Shown: piece by piece, positions 1-12,300 of the stretch
Layout: each line of letters opens with the position of its first letter
Numbering within the stretch: the first letter of the stretch is position 1
From: Macrostomum hystrix
Lineage: Eukaryota > Animalia > Platyhelminthes
DNA length: 64,000 nt
Direction of reading: 5' to 3'
Assembly (NCBI GenBank): GCA_950097015.1
Contig: CATNEN010000038.1
Span: 21,514,001 to 21,578,000 of the forward strand
The notes under the pieces: generated by a model
The model's input: only the letters and a program-made list of their open reading frames with translations
The model's database searches: none
Told to the model about the DNA's origin: nothing
Position numbers and translations under genes: made by a program

Positions 1-355
1 AAGAACTAGACCCTGAAGTACAAGAACTAGACCCTGAAGTACAAGAACTAGACCCTGAAGTACAAGAACTATACCCTGAAGTACAAGAACTAGACCCTGA
101 ACTACAAGAACTAGACACTGAACTACAAGAACTAGACACTTAATCACAAGAATTAGACACTGAAGTAGAAGAACTAGACCCTGAAGTACAAGAACTAGAC
201 CCTGAAGTACAAGAACTAGACACTTAATCACAAGAACTAGACCCTGAAGTACAAGAACAAGACACTGAATTATAAGAACTAGACCCTGAAGTACAAGAAC
301 TAGACCCTGAAGTACAAGAACTAGACCCTGAATCACAAGAACTAGACCCTGAACT
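1..355. repeat. 21-bp minisatellite (AAGAACTAGACCCTGAAGTAC)n, intronic, runs off the window start
   Basis: Direct tandem periodicity of 21 bp. Confidence 0.95.
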
Positions 356-396
356 TAACTAAACCTTAATTTATGTGAAAATCGTTAATCTCAAAG

Positions 397-3300
397 GTTT
401 CTTCCAGCCGAAGGCGCTGCCCACATCTGGAGTGCTGAGTTTCTTTCAAACTAAGCTATGCGACTGGAACAGCACCTGTTTGGATCACGAACACCCTGTT
501 AGAGGCTCCGATTTGCGTGGCTTCAGTTTTCCGGAAAGGTAACTGACTGATAATGTCCTACTGATATCATATTGATTAATTAATGGATCTGCTATCTGGA
601 TCTATTAATTCTTTGAAAATAAGTAAAAAAATGAAACATTTAATTCGAAACATTGGAGATTCATTGGTTGGAAATCGATATTTTGATGAATTTTCAGAAT
701 CGATGATTGATTTGTTACATTGTCTATTGATGGCTCTTTTCAATCTCTGGATAGTTTTATTTCATTAATCGAATGAATGGATCAGTTTTATCGATCTATT
801 ATTGTTCGATCAGTTTTATCGATCTATTATTGTTCGATCAGTTTTATCGATCTATTATTGTTCGATCAGTTTTATCGATCTATTATTGTTCGACCAGTTT
901 TATCGATCTATTATTGTTCGATCAGTTTTATCGATCTATTATTGTTCGATCAGTTTTATCGATCTATTATTGTTCGACCAGTTTTATCGATCTATTATTG
1001 TTCGATCAGTTTTATCGATCTATTATTGTTCGACCAGTTTTATCGATCTATTATTGTTCGATCAGTTTTATCGATCTATTATTGTTCGATCAGTTTTATC
1101 GATCTATTATTGTTCGACCAGTTTTATCGATCTATTATTGTTCGACCAGTTTTATCGATCTATTATTGTTCGACCAGTTTTATCGATCTATTATTGTTCG
1201 ATCAGTTTTATCGATCTATTATTGTTCGACCAGTTTTATCGATCTATTATTGTTCGATCAGTTTTATCGTTCTATTATTGTTCGATCAGTTTTATCGATC
1301 TATTATTGTTCGATCAGTTTTATCGATCTATTATTGTTCGACCAGTTTTATCGATCTATTATTGTTCGACCAGTTTTATCGATCTATTATTGTTCGATCA
1401 GTTTTATCGATCTATTATTGTTCGATCAGTTTTATCGATCTATTATTGTTCGATCAGTTTTATCGATCTATTATTGTTCGATCAGTTTTATCGATCTCTT
1501 ATTGTTCGATCAGTTTTATCGATCTATTATTGTTCGATCAGTTTTATCGATCTATTATTGTTCGATCAGTTTTATCGATCTATTATTGTTCGATCAGTTT
1601 TATCGATCTATTATTGTTCGACCAGTTTTATCGATCTATTATTGTTCGATCAGTTTTATCGATCTATTATTGTTCGATCAGTTTTATTTTATCGATCTAT
1701 TATTGTTCGATCAGTTTTATCGTTCTATTATTGTTCGATCAGTTTTATCGATCTATTATTGTTCGATCAGTTTTATCGATCTATTATTGTTCGACCAGTT
1801 TTATCGATCTATTATTGTTCGATCAGTTTTATCGATCTATTATTGTTCGATCAGTTTTATTTTATCGATCTATTATTGTTCGATCAGTTTTATCGTTCTA
1901 TTATTGTTCGATCAGTTTTATCGATCTATTATTGTTCGATCAGTTTTATCGATCTATTATTGTTCGATCAGTTTTATCGATCTATTATTGTTCGATCAGT
2001 TTTATCGATCTATTATTGTTCGATCAGTTTTATCGTTCTATTATTGTTCGATCAGTTTTATCGATCTATTATTGTTCGACCAGTTTTATCGATCTATTAT
2101 TGTTCGATCAGTTTTATTTTATCGATCTATTATTGTTCGATCAGTTTTATCGTTCTATTATTGTTCGATCAGTTTTATCGATCTATTATTGTTCGATCAG
2201 TTTTATCGATCTATTATTGTTCGATCAGTTTTATTTTATCGATCTATTATTGTTCGATCAGTTTTATCGTTCTATTATTGTTCGATCAGTTTTATCGATC
2301 TATTATTGTTCGATCAGTTTTATCGATCTATTATTGTTCGATCAGTTTTATCGATCTATTATTGTTCGATCAGTTTTATCGATCTATTATTGTTCGATCA
2401 GTTTTATCGTTCTATTATTGTTCGATCAGTTTTATCGATCTATTATTGTTCGACCAGTTTTATCGATCTATTATTGTTCGATCAGTTTTATTTTATCGAT
2501 CTATTATTGTTCGATCAGTTTTATCGTTCTATTATTGTTCGATCAGTTTTATCGATCTATTATTGTTCGATCAGTTTTATCGATCTATTATTGTTCGATC
2601 AGTTTTATTTTATCGATCTATTATTGTTCGATCAGTTTTATCGTTCTATTATTGTTCGATCAGTTTTATCGATCTATTATTGTTCGATCAGTTTTATCGA
2701 TCTATTATTGTTCGATCAGTTTTATCGATCTATTATTGTTCGATCAGTTTTATTTTATCGATCTATTATTGTTCGATCAGTTTTATCATTCTATTATTGT
2801 TCGATCAGTTTTATCGATCTATTATTGTTCGACCAGTTTTATCGATCTATTATTGTTCGATCAGTTTTATCGATCTATTATTGTTCGATCAGTTTTATTT
2901 TATCGATCTATTATTGTTCGATCAGTTTTATCGTTCTATTATTGTTCGATCAGTTTTATCGATCTATTATTGTTCGATCAGTTTTATCGATCTATTATTG
3001 TTCGATCAGTTTTATCGATCTATTATTGTTCGATCAGTTTTATCGATCTATTATTGTTCGATCAGTTTTATCGATCTATTATTGTTCGATCAGTTTTATC
3101 GATCTATTATTGTTCGATATGTTTTATCGATCTATTATTGTTCGATCAGTTTTATCGATCTATTATTGTTCGATCAGTTTTATCGATCTATTATTGTTCG
3201 ATCTGTTTTATCGATCTATGGTTCGATTTTTTAATCTGCGTTTTGATCAATCAATACATTGATCTCTTGCTGATCTTATTAATCAATCCTTGATAAAATT

Positions 3301-6300
3301 GTAAGTTGGCAACAAACGGTATGCAAAGCAACCTTCTCAACAAATTAGTGTTTTACTAATTTCAGCCTACTCAATTTAATTGAGTACGCCAACCAGAATG
3401 ACCAGTTCGGCAGTTTACTATTGGAGATTTTGGCGAAAATTCGTGCCAACAATTCGACCAGCCTTGCTGACTTGCTGGAATTTGCCAGCCACTATTCGGA
3501 ATTGTTTAATGAAGTGAGCGTTTCGTTTCTTATACGTTTCTCGTATGATATGATGAACTTACAGTTTTAAATTTAAAACTTTAGGATGACTTTAGAAGGC
3601 GCTTATGTCTAGCTTTGTATAGCATTGTCTAATTATTATCTTAGTGTTTTGAAGGGATAACTCACGATATTCTCACGATAACTCACGAGGAAAACTCACG
3701 ATATTTATGTTCCACACGAGTAACTAGGCTTCAGGGATTCTTATCTGTACTATAGTAACTTCAGGGATTCTTATCTGTGCTATATAGTAACTTCAGGGAT
3801 TCTTATCTGTGCTATATAGTAACTTCAGGGATTCTTATCTGTGCTATATAGTAACTTCAGGGATGATTATCCGTGCTATATAGTAACTTCAGGGATTCTT
3901 ATCTGTACTATAGTAACTTCAGGGATTCTTATCTGTACTATAGTAACTTCAGGGATTCTTATCTGTACTATAGTAACTTCAGGGACTCTTATCTGTACTA
4001 TAGTAACTTCAGGGATTCTTATCTGTACTATAGTAACTTCAGGGACTCTTATCTGTACTATAGTAACTTCAGGGAGTCTTATCTGTACTATAGTAACTTC
4101 AGGGACTCTTATCTGTACTATAGTAACTTCAGGGACTCTTATCTGTACTATAGTAACTTCAGGGACTCTTATCAGTACTATAGTAACTTCAGGGAGTCTT
4201 ATCTGTACTATAGTAACTTCAGGGACTCTTATCTGTACTATAGTAACTTCAGGGACTCTTATCTGTACTATAGTAACTTCAGGGATTCTTATCTGTACTA
4301 TAGTAACTTCAGGGACTCTTATCTGTACTATAGTAACTTCAGGGATTCTTATCTGTACTATAGTAACTTCAGGGACTCTTATTTGTACTATAGTAACTTC
4401 AGGGATTCTTATCTGTACTATATAGTAATTTCAGGGATTCTTGTCTGTACAATATTAACTTCAGGGACTCTTCAGTCTACCATGTAGTGTCTTCAGGGAC
4501 TCTTCAGTCTACCATGTAGTGTCCTCAGGGACTCTTCAGTCTACCATGTAGTGTCTTCAGGGACTCTTCAGTCTACCATGTAGTGTCTTCAGGGACTCTT
4601 CAGTCTACCATGTAGTGTCTTCAGGGACTCTTCAGTCTACCATGTAGTGTCTTCAGGGACTCTTCAGTCTACCATGTAGTGTCTTCAGGGACTCTTCAGT
4701 CTACCATGTAGTGTCTTCAGGGACTCTTCAGTCTACCATGTAGTGTCTTCAGGGACTCTTCAGTCTACCATGTAGTGTCTTCAGGGACTCTTCAGTCTAC
4801 CATGTAGTGTCTTCAGGGACTCTTCAGTCTACCATGTAGTGTCTTCAGGGACTCTTCAGGCTACCATGTAGTGTCTTCAGGGACTCTTCAGTCTACCATG
4901 TAGTGTCTTCAGGGACTCTTCAGTCTACCATGTGTGTCTTCAGGGACTCTTCAGTCTACCATGTAGTGTCTTCAGGGACTCTTCAGTCTACCATGTAGTG
5001 TCTTCAGGGACTCTTCAGTCTACCATGTAGTGTCTTCAGGGACTCTTCAGTCTACCATGTAGTGTCTTCAGGGACTCTTCAGTCTACCATGTAGTGTCTT
5101 CAGGGACTCTTCAGTCTACCATGTGTGTCTTCAGGGACTCTTCAGTCTACCATGTAGTGTCTTCAGGGACTCTTCAGTCTACCATGTAGTGTCTTCAGGG
5201 ACTCTTCAGTCTACCATGTAGTGTCTTCAGGGACTCTTCAGTCTACCATGTAGTGTCTTCAGGGACTCTTCAGTCTACCATGTAGTGTCTTCAGGGACTC
5301 TTCAGTCTACCATGTAGTGTCTTCAGGGACTCTTCAGTCTACCATGTGTGTCTTCAGGGACTCTTCAGTCTACCATGTAGTGTCTTCAGGGACTCTTCAG
5401 TCTACCATGTAGTGTCTTCAGGGACTCTTCAGTCTACCATGTAGTGTCTTCAGGGACTCTTCAGTCTACCATGTAGTGTCTTCAGGGACTCTTCAGTCTA
5501 CCATGTAGTGTCTTCAGGGACTCTTCAGTCTACCATGTAGTGTCTTCAGGGACTCTTCAGTCTACCATGTAGTGTCTTCAGGGACTCTTCAGTCTACCAT
5601 GTAGTGTCTTCAGGGACTCTTCAGTCTACCATGTAGTGTCTTCAGGGACTCTTCAGTCTACCATGTAGTGTCTTCAGGGACTCTTCAGTCTACCATGTAG
5701 TGTCTTCAGGGACTCTTCAGTCTACCATGTAGTGTCTTCAGGGACTCTTCAGTCTACCATGTAGTGTCTTCAGGGACTCTTCAGTCTACCATGTAGTGTC
5801 TTCAGGGACTCTTCAGTCTACCATGTAGTGTCTTCAGGGACTCTTCAGGCTACCATGTAGTGTCTTCAGGGACTCTTCAGTCTACCATGTAGTGTCTTCA
5901 GGGACTCTTCAGTCTACCATGTGTGTCTTCAGGGACTCTTCAGTCTACCATGTAGTGTCTTCAGGGACTCTTCAGTCTACCATGTAGTGTCTTCAGGGAC
6001 TCTTCAGTCTACCATGTGTGTCTTCAGGGACTCTTCAGTCTACCATGTAGTGTCTTCAGGGACTCTTCAGTCTACCATGTAGTGTCTTCAGGGACTCTTC
6101 AGTCTACCATCAGGAACAATAAAACTCGTTCTTATCGCAATCGCTTTCCTCAACCAGCCGGAATTTCAACGCCGACTGTCCAAATTGACGTCGGCAGTGA
6201 AATCCGACTACGAGGGCGTCACGAACAACAACATGTTCACCGTCGAGGCTGACTCTGGCGGCATCAGTAAAGTACAAATCGCTCTTTATAATCTATCTGC

Positions 6301-9300
6301 TGGTGTCTGCGGCGCCAAAGCCACCCAGGGCCAATTCGAGGAGATCTTGTCCGCAGCTGGCATAGACGAGAATCAATTTCTGCGCGAGCGTCGAGACGTT
6401 GTCACTCTGGATTTTTCGTCAACGAGATCTGGCAACGCCAGTCTGACCAGGCGGCGACGAAGCACCACCGCCGATGCCGACGGCAGCGCCCAGCGAGATG
6501 AAATATTCTCCTCCCTTCGAGTTTACTGTTAGTTGGGGGTCCTGACGCACTGCCCCCACCACTGCTAGACCCGCCAGCTCTACTGACCCAAAATCACCGC
6601 TGACTTATCCACACCACTGACTTATCCACCCCACTGATTTATCCACCCCACTGACTTATCCACCTCACTGACTTATCCACCCCACTGACTTATCTACCCC
6701 ACTGACTTATCTACCCCACTGACTTATCCACCTCACTGACTTATCTACCCCACTGACTTATCCACCCCACTGACTTATCCACCCCACTGACTTATCCACC
6801 CCACTGACTTATCCACCCCACTGACTTATCCCCCCGACTGACTTATCCACCCCACTGACTTATCCACCCCACTGACTTATCCACCTCACTGACTTATCTA
6901 CCCCACTGACTTATCCACCCCACTGACTTATCTACCCCACTGACTTATCCACCCCACTGACTTATCCACCCACTGACTTATCCACCCCACTGACTTATCC
7001 ACCCCACTGACTTATCCACCCCACTGACTTATCTACCCCACTGACTTATCCACCCCACTGACTTATCCACCCCACTGACTTATCCACCCCACTGACTTAT
7101 CCACCCCACTGACTTATCCACCCCACTGACTTATCCACCCCACTGACTTATCCACCCCACTGACTTATCCACCCCACTGACTTATCCACCCCACTGACTC
7201 ACCTACCACACTGACTTATCTACCCCACTGACCCACCTACCCCACTGATCCACCCACTGAAGTACCTACTCGTTTGAACCAAAACTTATCTACCTCACTA
7301 ACCTACCAGCCCACCCAGATAATTTCTAGATTAGAAATTTCATTAATTATAAAAGAAAATGTTTTCAAATGTTTTTTAGATGACTGCCACAAGTACAGGT
7401 CTTTCACATTGTGGAACACTCCGCTATATAATTTCTGGCGATTATACACTAATCACTTTTATGGAAGCATACTTTATGCGCCGAATACACCAACAGTCAA
7501 CAAAATTATTGACAAGGTGATGCTAAAATGAACAACATTGATACTCTGGTATCGTTTCTTCGACTGTTCTAGATAAATATGTTTTTAATAAAGTTTCAAC
7601 TTTTCTGTTTGTTAAGGCCCGGACCGTGTTTCAATCTGTGCAAGAGCTAGAAGATTTTATTAGCAAATGGAACAGCACCTACAGAGATAAAGTGAACAGC
7701 TACTTGGAAATGTTCTTATCGAGAGAAGAGGTAAATAGTAGATTTTTTGCAGCGTTTCATCCTGATCTTTATCTCTAATTGATCTATTTACTGATCTTTT
7801 ATTGATTTATGGATTAATCTCTTATTCATCTACGGTTTGATCTCCTATTTATCTACGGATTGATATTTTATTGATTTATGGATTAATCTCTTATTCATCT
7901 ACGGATTGATCTCCTATTTATCTACGGATTGATATTTTATTGATCTACGGATTGATATTTTATTGATCTACGGATTGATATTTTATTGATTTATGTATTG
8001 ATCTCTTAATGATATATATTGATTGATCTCTTATTGATCTACGGATTGATATTTTATTGATCAACGGATTGATCTCCTATTGATCTATGGATTGATATTT
8101 TATTGATCTACGGATTAATCTCTTATTGATCTACGGATTGATCACTTATTGATCTATGGATTGATATTTTATTGATCTACGGATTGATCTCTTATTGATC
8201 TACGGATTGATATTTTATTGATCTACAAAATGATCTCTTATTGATCTACGGATTGATCTCTTATTGATCTACGGATTGATCTCTTATTGATCTACGGATT
8301 GATCTCTTATTGATCTACGGATTGATCTCTTATTGATCTACGGATTGATCTCTTATTGATCTACGGATTGATCTCTTATTGATCTACGGATTGATCTCTT
8401 ATTGATCTACGGATTGATCTCTTATTGATCTACGGATTGATCTCTTATTGATCTACGGATTGATCTCTTATTGATCTACGGATTGATCTCTTATTGATCT
8501 ACGGATTGATCTCTTATTGATCTACGGATTGATCTCTTATTGATCTACGGATTGATCTCTTATTGATCTACGGATTGATCTCTTATTGATCTACGGATTG
8601 ATCTCTTATTTACCTAAGAATTGATCTACGAATTGATCTACGGAATGGTCTACGGATTGATCTATGAGTTAATCTTCTGTTGGAGTTGTTGATTTGTCAA
8701 TGAAGAAAACGATTTCCCATTTGTCGTATTCACCGTATTCAATGCAACGGTGCAATATAATACGAGTACAAGCCTGTCAGAGCCGAACTTTAATCAAAAC
8801 CAGGATTAGCCGAAGCAAACACTAAATATTCACACAAGTCTATTTGCTTAACTCTTTATCTAAAGTCTCGATCTAAGTTTTATATTTGTCCTGATTATTT
8901 GCTTGCTCTTACTTGCAGCTTTATAACAGCAATCTTTACTTAATGATTATTTTCTTTCGTTAGTCCTATTCTGAGCCCGATCAGAAGTTATCATAGGTAT
9001 ATTTAACCAGAAATGAGAAAAACGCTATTGCACTACTTACTTAGGCGAAACAAAGTAGTAGTTACAACTTTTTTGTTCTTATTTAACGCAGTCTGCTAGA
9101 AGCCTGTGCAACTTGGTCATAAAAGACAACAACGGACTCTGCGACACTATTAGCCTGAATCATTGGCTTCAGGCTGTTAAAATATTGGACCTGGTACTGC
9201 CAGAGATGGGCACCTTTTTATCGGTGAGATCTATACTACCTATTGCAAATAGAAATAGGATTTGATCTACACTCACATTGGGTGAGAGAGAGCGATAGTA

Positions 9301-12300
9301 AGGGAGAGTGAGGGAGAGTGAGGGTGAGTGAGGGAGAGTGAGGGAGAGTGAGTAAGAGTGAGGGAGAGTGAGGGTGAGTGAGGGAGAGTGAGGGTGAGTG
9401 AGGGAGAGTGAGGGTGAGTGAGGGAGAGTGAGGGAGAGTGAGGGTGAGTGAGGGAGAGTGAGGGAGAGTGAGGGAGAGTGAGGGAGAGTGAGGGAGAGTG
9501 AGGGTGAGTGAGGGAGAGTGAGGGAGAGTGAGGGTGAGTGAGGGAGAGTGAGGGTGAGTGAGGGTGAGTGAGGGAGAGTGAGGGTGAGTGGAGGAGAGTG
9601 AGGGTGAGTGAGGGAGAGTGAGGGTGAGTGAGGAGAGTGAGAGGGAGAGAGGGAGAGTGAGGGAGAGTGAGGGTGAGTGAGGGAGAGTGAGAGGGAGAGA
9701 GGGAGAGAGAGAGCGGGAGAGATGAGAGAGGACACTGCCCATTGAATTTCAATAATCTAATGTTGGAATCGATTCCAATATGTATCGAAAAAAATTGAAA
9801 TCAGGATTCGAACCAAGGCAACTCCAGACGCGTTTCGCTCTTATTGGAGCTCATCAGTAGAGTCTAGCCTAGCGCTCTAGCCATTAGGCTATAGGCTCTT
9901 GTTCAAATCCGGGAGAGTGAGGGAGAGTGAGGGAGAGTGAGGAAGAGTGAGGAAGAGTGAAGGAGAGTGAGGGAGAATGAGGGAGAGTGAGGGAGAGTGA
10001 GGGAGAGTGAGGGAGAGTGAGTATGAGTGAGGGAGAGTGAGTAAGAGTGAGGGAGAGTGAGTAAGAGTGAGGGAGAGTGAGGGTGAGTGAGGAAGAGTGA
10101 AGGAGAGTGAGGGAGAATGAGGGAGAGTGAGGGAGAGTGAGGGAGAGTGAGGGAGAGTGAGTATGAGTGAGGGAGAGTGAGTAAGAGTGAGGGAGAGTGA
10201 GGGTGAGTGAGGGAGAGTGAGGGAGAGTGAGTAAGAGTGAGGGAGAGTGAGGGAGAGTGAGGGAGAGTGAGTATGAGTGAGGGAGAGTGAGTAAGAGTGA
10301 GGGAGAGTGAGGGTGAGTGAGGGAGAGTGAGGGAGAGTGAGTATGAGTGAGGGAGAGTGAGTAAGAGTGAGGGAGAGTGAGGGTGAGTGAGGGAGAGTGA
10401 GGGAGAGTGAGGGAGAGTGAGGAAGAGTGAGGAAGAGTGAAGGAGAGTGAGGGAGAATGAGGGAGAGTGAGGGAGAGTGAGGGAGAGTGAGGGAGAGTGA
10501 GTATGAGTGAGGGAGAGTGAGTAAGAGTGAGGGAGAGTGAGTAAGAGTGAGGGAGAGTGAGGGTGAGTGAGGAAGAGTGAAGGAGAGTGAGGGAGAATGA
10601 GGGAGAGTGAGGGAGAGTGAGTAAGAGTGAGGGAGAGTGAGGGTGAGTGAGGGAGAGTGAGTAAGAGTGAGGGAGAGTGAGGGTGAGTGAGGAAGAGTGA
10701 AGGAGAGTGAGGGAGAGTGAGGGAGAGTGAGGGAGAGTGAGGGAGAGTGAGTATGAGTGAGGGAGAGTGAGTAAGAGTGAGGGAGAGTGAGGGTGAGTGA
10801 GGGAGAGTGAGGGAGAGTGAGTAAGAGTGAGGGAGAGTGAGGGTGAGTGAGGGAGAGTGAGGGTGAGTGAGGGAGAGTGAGGGTGAGTGAGGGAGAGTGA
10901 GGGAGAGTGAGAGTGAGTGAGGGAGAGTGAGTAAGAGTGAGGGAGAGTGAGAGTGAGTGAGGGAGAGTGAGGGTGAGTGAGGGAGAGTGAGGGTGAGTGA
11001 GGGAGAGTGAGGGAGAGTGAGGGAGAGTGAGGGAGAGTGAGGGAGAGTGAGGGAGAGTGAGGGTGAGTGAGGGAGAGTGAGGGTGAGTGAGGGAGAGTGA
11101 GGGAGAGTGAGGGTGAGTGAGGGAGAGTGAGGGTGAGTGAGGGTGAGTGAGGGAGAGTGAGGGTGAGTGGAGGAGAGTGAGGGTGAGTGAGGGTGAGTGA
11201 GGGAGAGTGAGGGTGAGTGAGGAGAGTGAGAGGGAGAGAGGGAGAGTGAGGGAGAGTGAGGGTGAGTGAGGGAGAGTGAGAGGGAGAGAGGGAGAGAGAG
11301 AGCGGGAGAGATGAGAGAGGACACTGCCCATTGAATTTCAATAATCTAATGTTGGAATCGATTCCAATATGTATCGAAAAAAATTGAAATCAGGATTCGA
11401 ACCAAGGCAACTCCAGACGCGTTTCGCTCTTATTGGAGCTCATCAGTAGAGTCTAGCCTAGCGCTCTAGCCATTAGGCTATAGGCTCTTGTTCAAATCCG
11501 GGAGAGTGAGGGAGAGTGAGGGAGAGTGAGGAAGAGTGAGGAAGAGTGAAGGAGAGTGAGGGAGAATGAGGGAGAGTGAGGGAGAGTGAGGGAGAGTGAG
11601 GGAGAGTGAGGGAGAGTGAGGGAGAGTGAGAGTGAGTGAGGGAGAGTGAGGGTGAGTGAGGGAGAGTGAGGGTGAGTGAGGGAGAGTGAGGGAGAGTGAG
11701 GGAGAGTGAGGGAGAGTGAGGGAGAGTGAGGGAGAGTGAGGGTGAGTGAGGGAGAGTGAGGGAGAGTGAGGGAGAATGAGGGAGAGTGAGGGAGAGTGAG
11801 GGAGAGTGAGGGAGAGTGAGGGAGAGTGAGGGAGAGTGAGGGAGAGTGAGGGAGAGTGAGGGAGAGTGAGGAAGAGTGAGGAAGAGTGAAGGAGAGTGAG
11901 GGAGAATGAGGGAGAGTGAGGGAGAGTGAGGGAGAGTGAGGGAGAGTGAGGGTGAGTGAGGGAGAGTGAGAGGGAGAGAGGGAGAGAGAGAGCGGGAGAG
12001 ATGAGAGAGGACACTGCCCATTGAATTTCAATAATCTAATGTTGGAATCGATTCCAATATGTATCGAAAAAAATTGAAATCAGGATTCGAACCAAGGCAA
12101 CTCCAGACGCGTTTCGCTCTTATTGGAGCTCATCAGTAGAGTCTAGCCTAGCGCTCTAGCCATTAGGCTATAGGCTCTTGTTCAAATCCGGGAGAGTGAG
12201 GGAGAGTGAGGGAGAGTGAGGAAGAGTGAGGAAGAGTGAAGGAGAGTGAGGGAGAATGAGGGAGAGTGAGGGAGAGTGAGGGAGAGTGAGGGAGAGTGAG

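Noticed and set aside
773-3293. Three overlapping ~800-aa ORFs
   Set aside because: Translations of a stop-free 28-bp intronic minisatellite in all three frames.
9788-9898. Functional intron-containing tRNA-Ser(AGA) gene
   Set aside because: A and B boxes are present, but the T stem is imperfect and there is no 3' acceptor strand complementary to GAGCCTA; tRNA-derived only.
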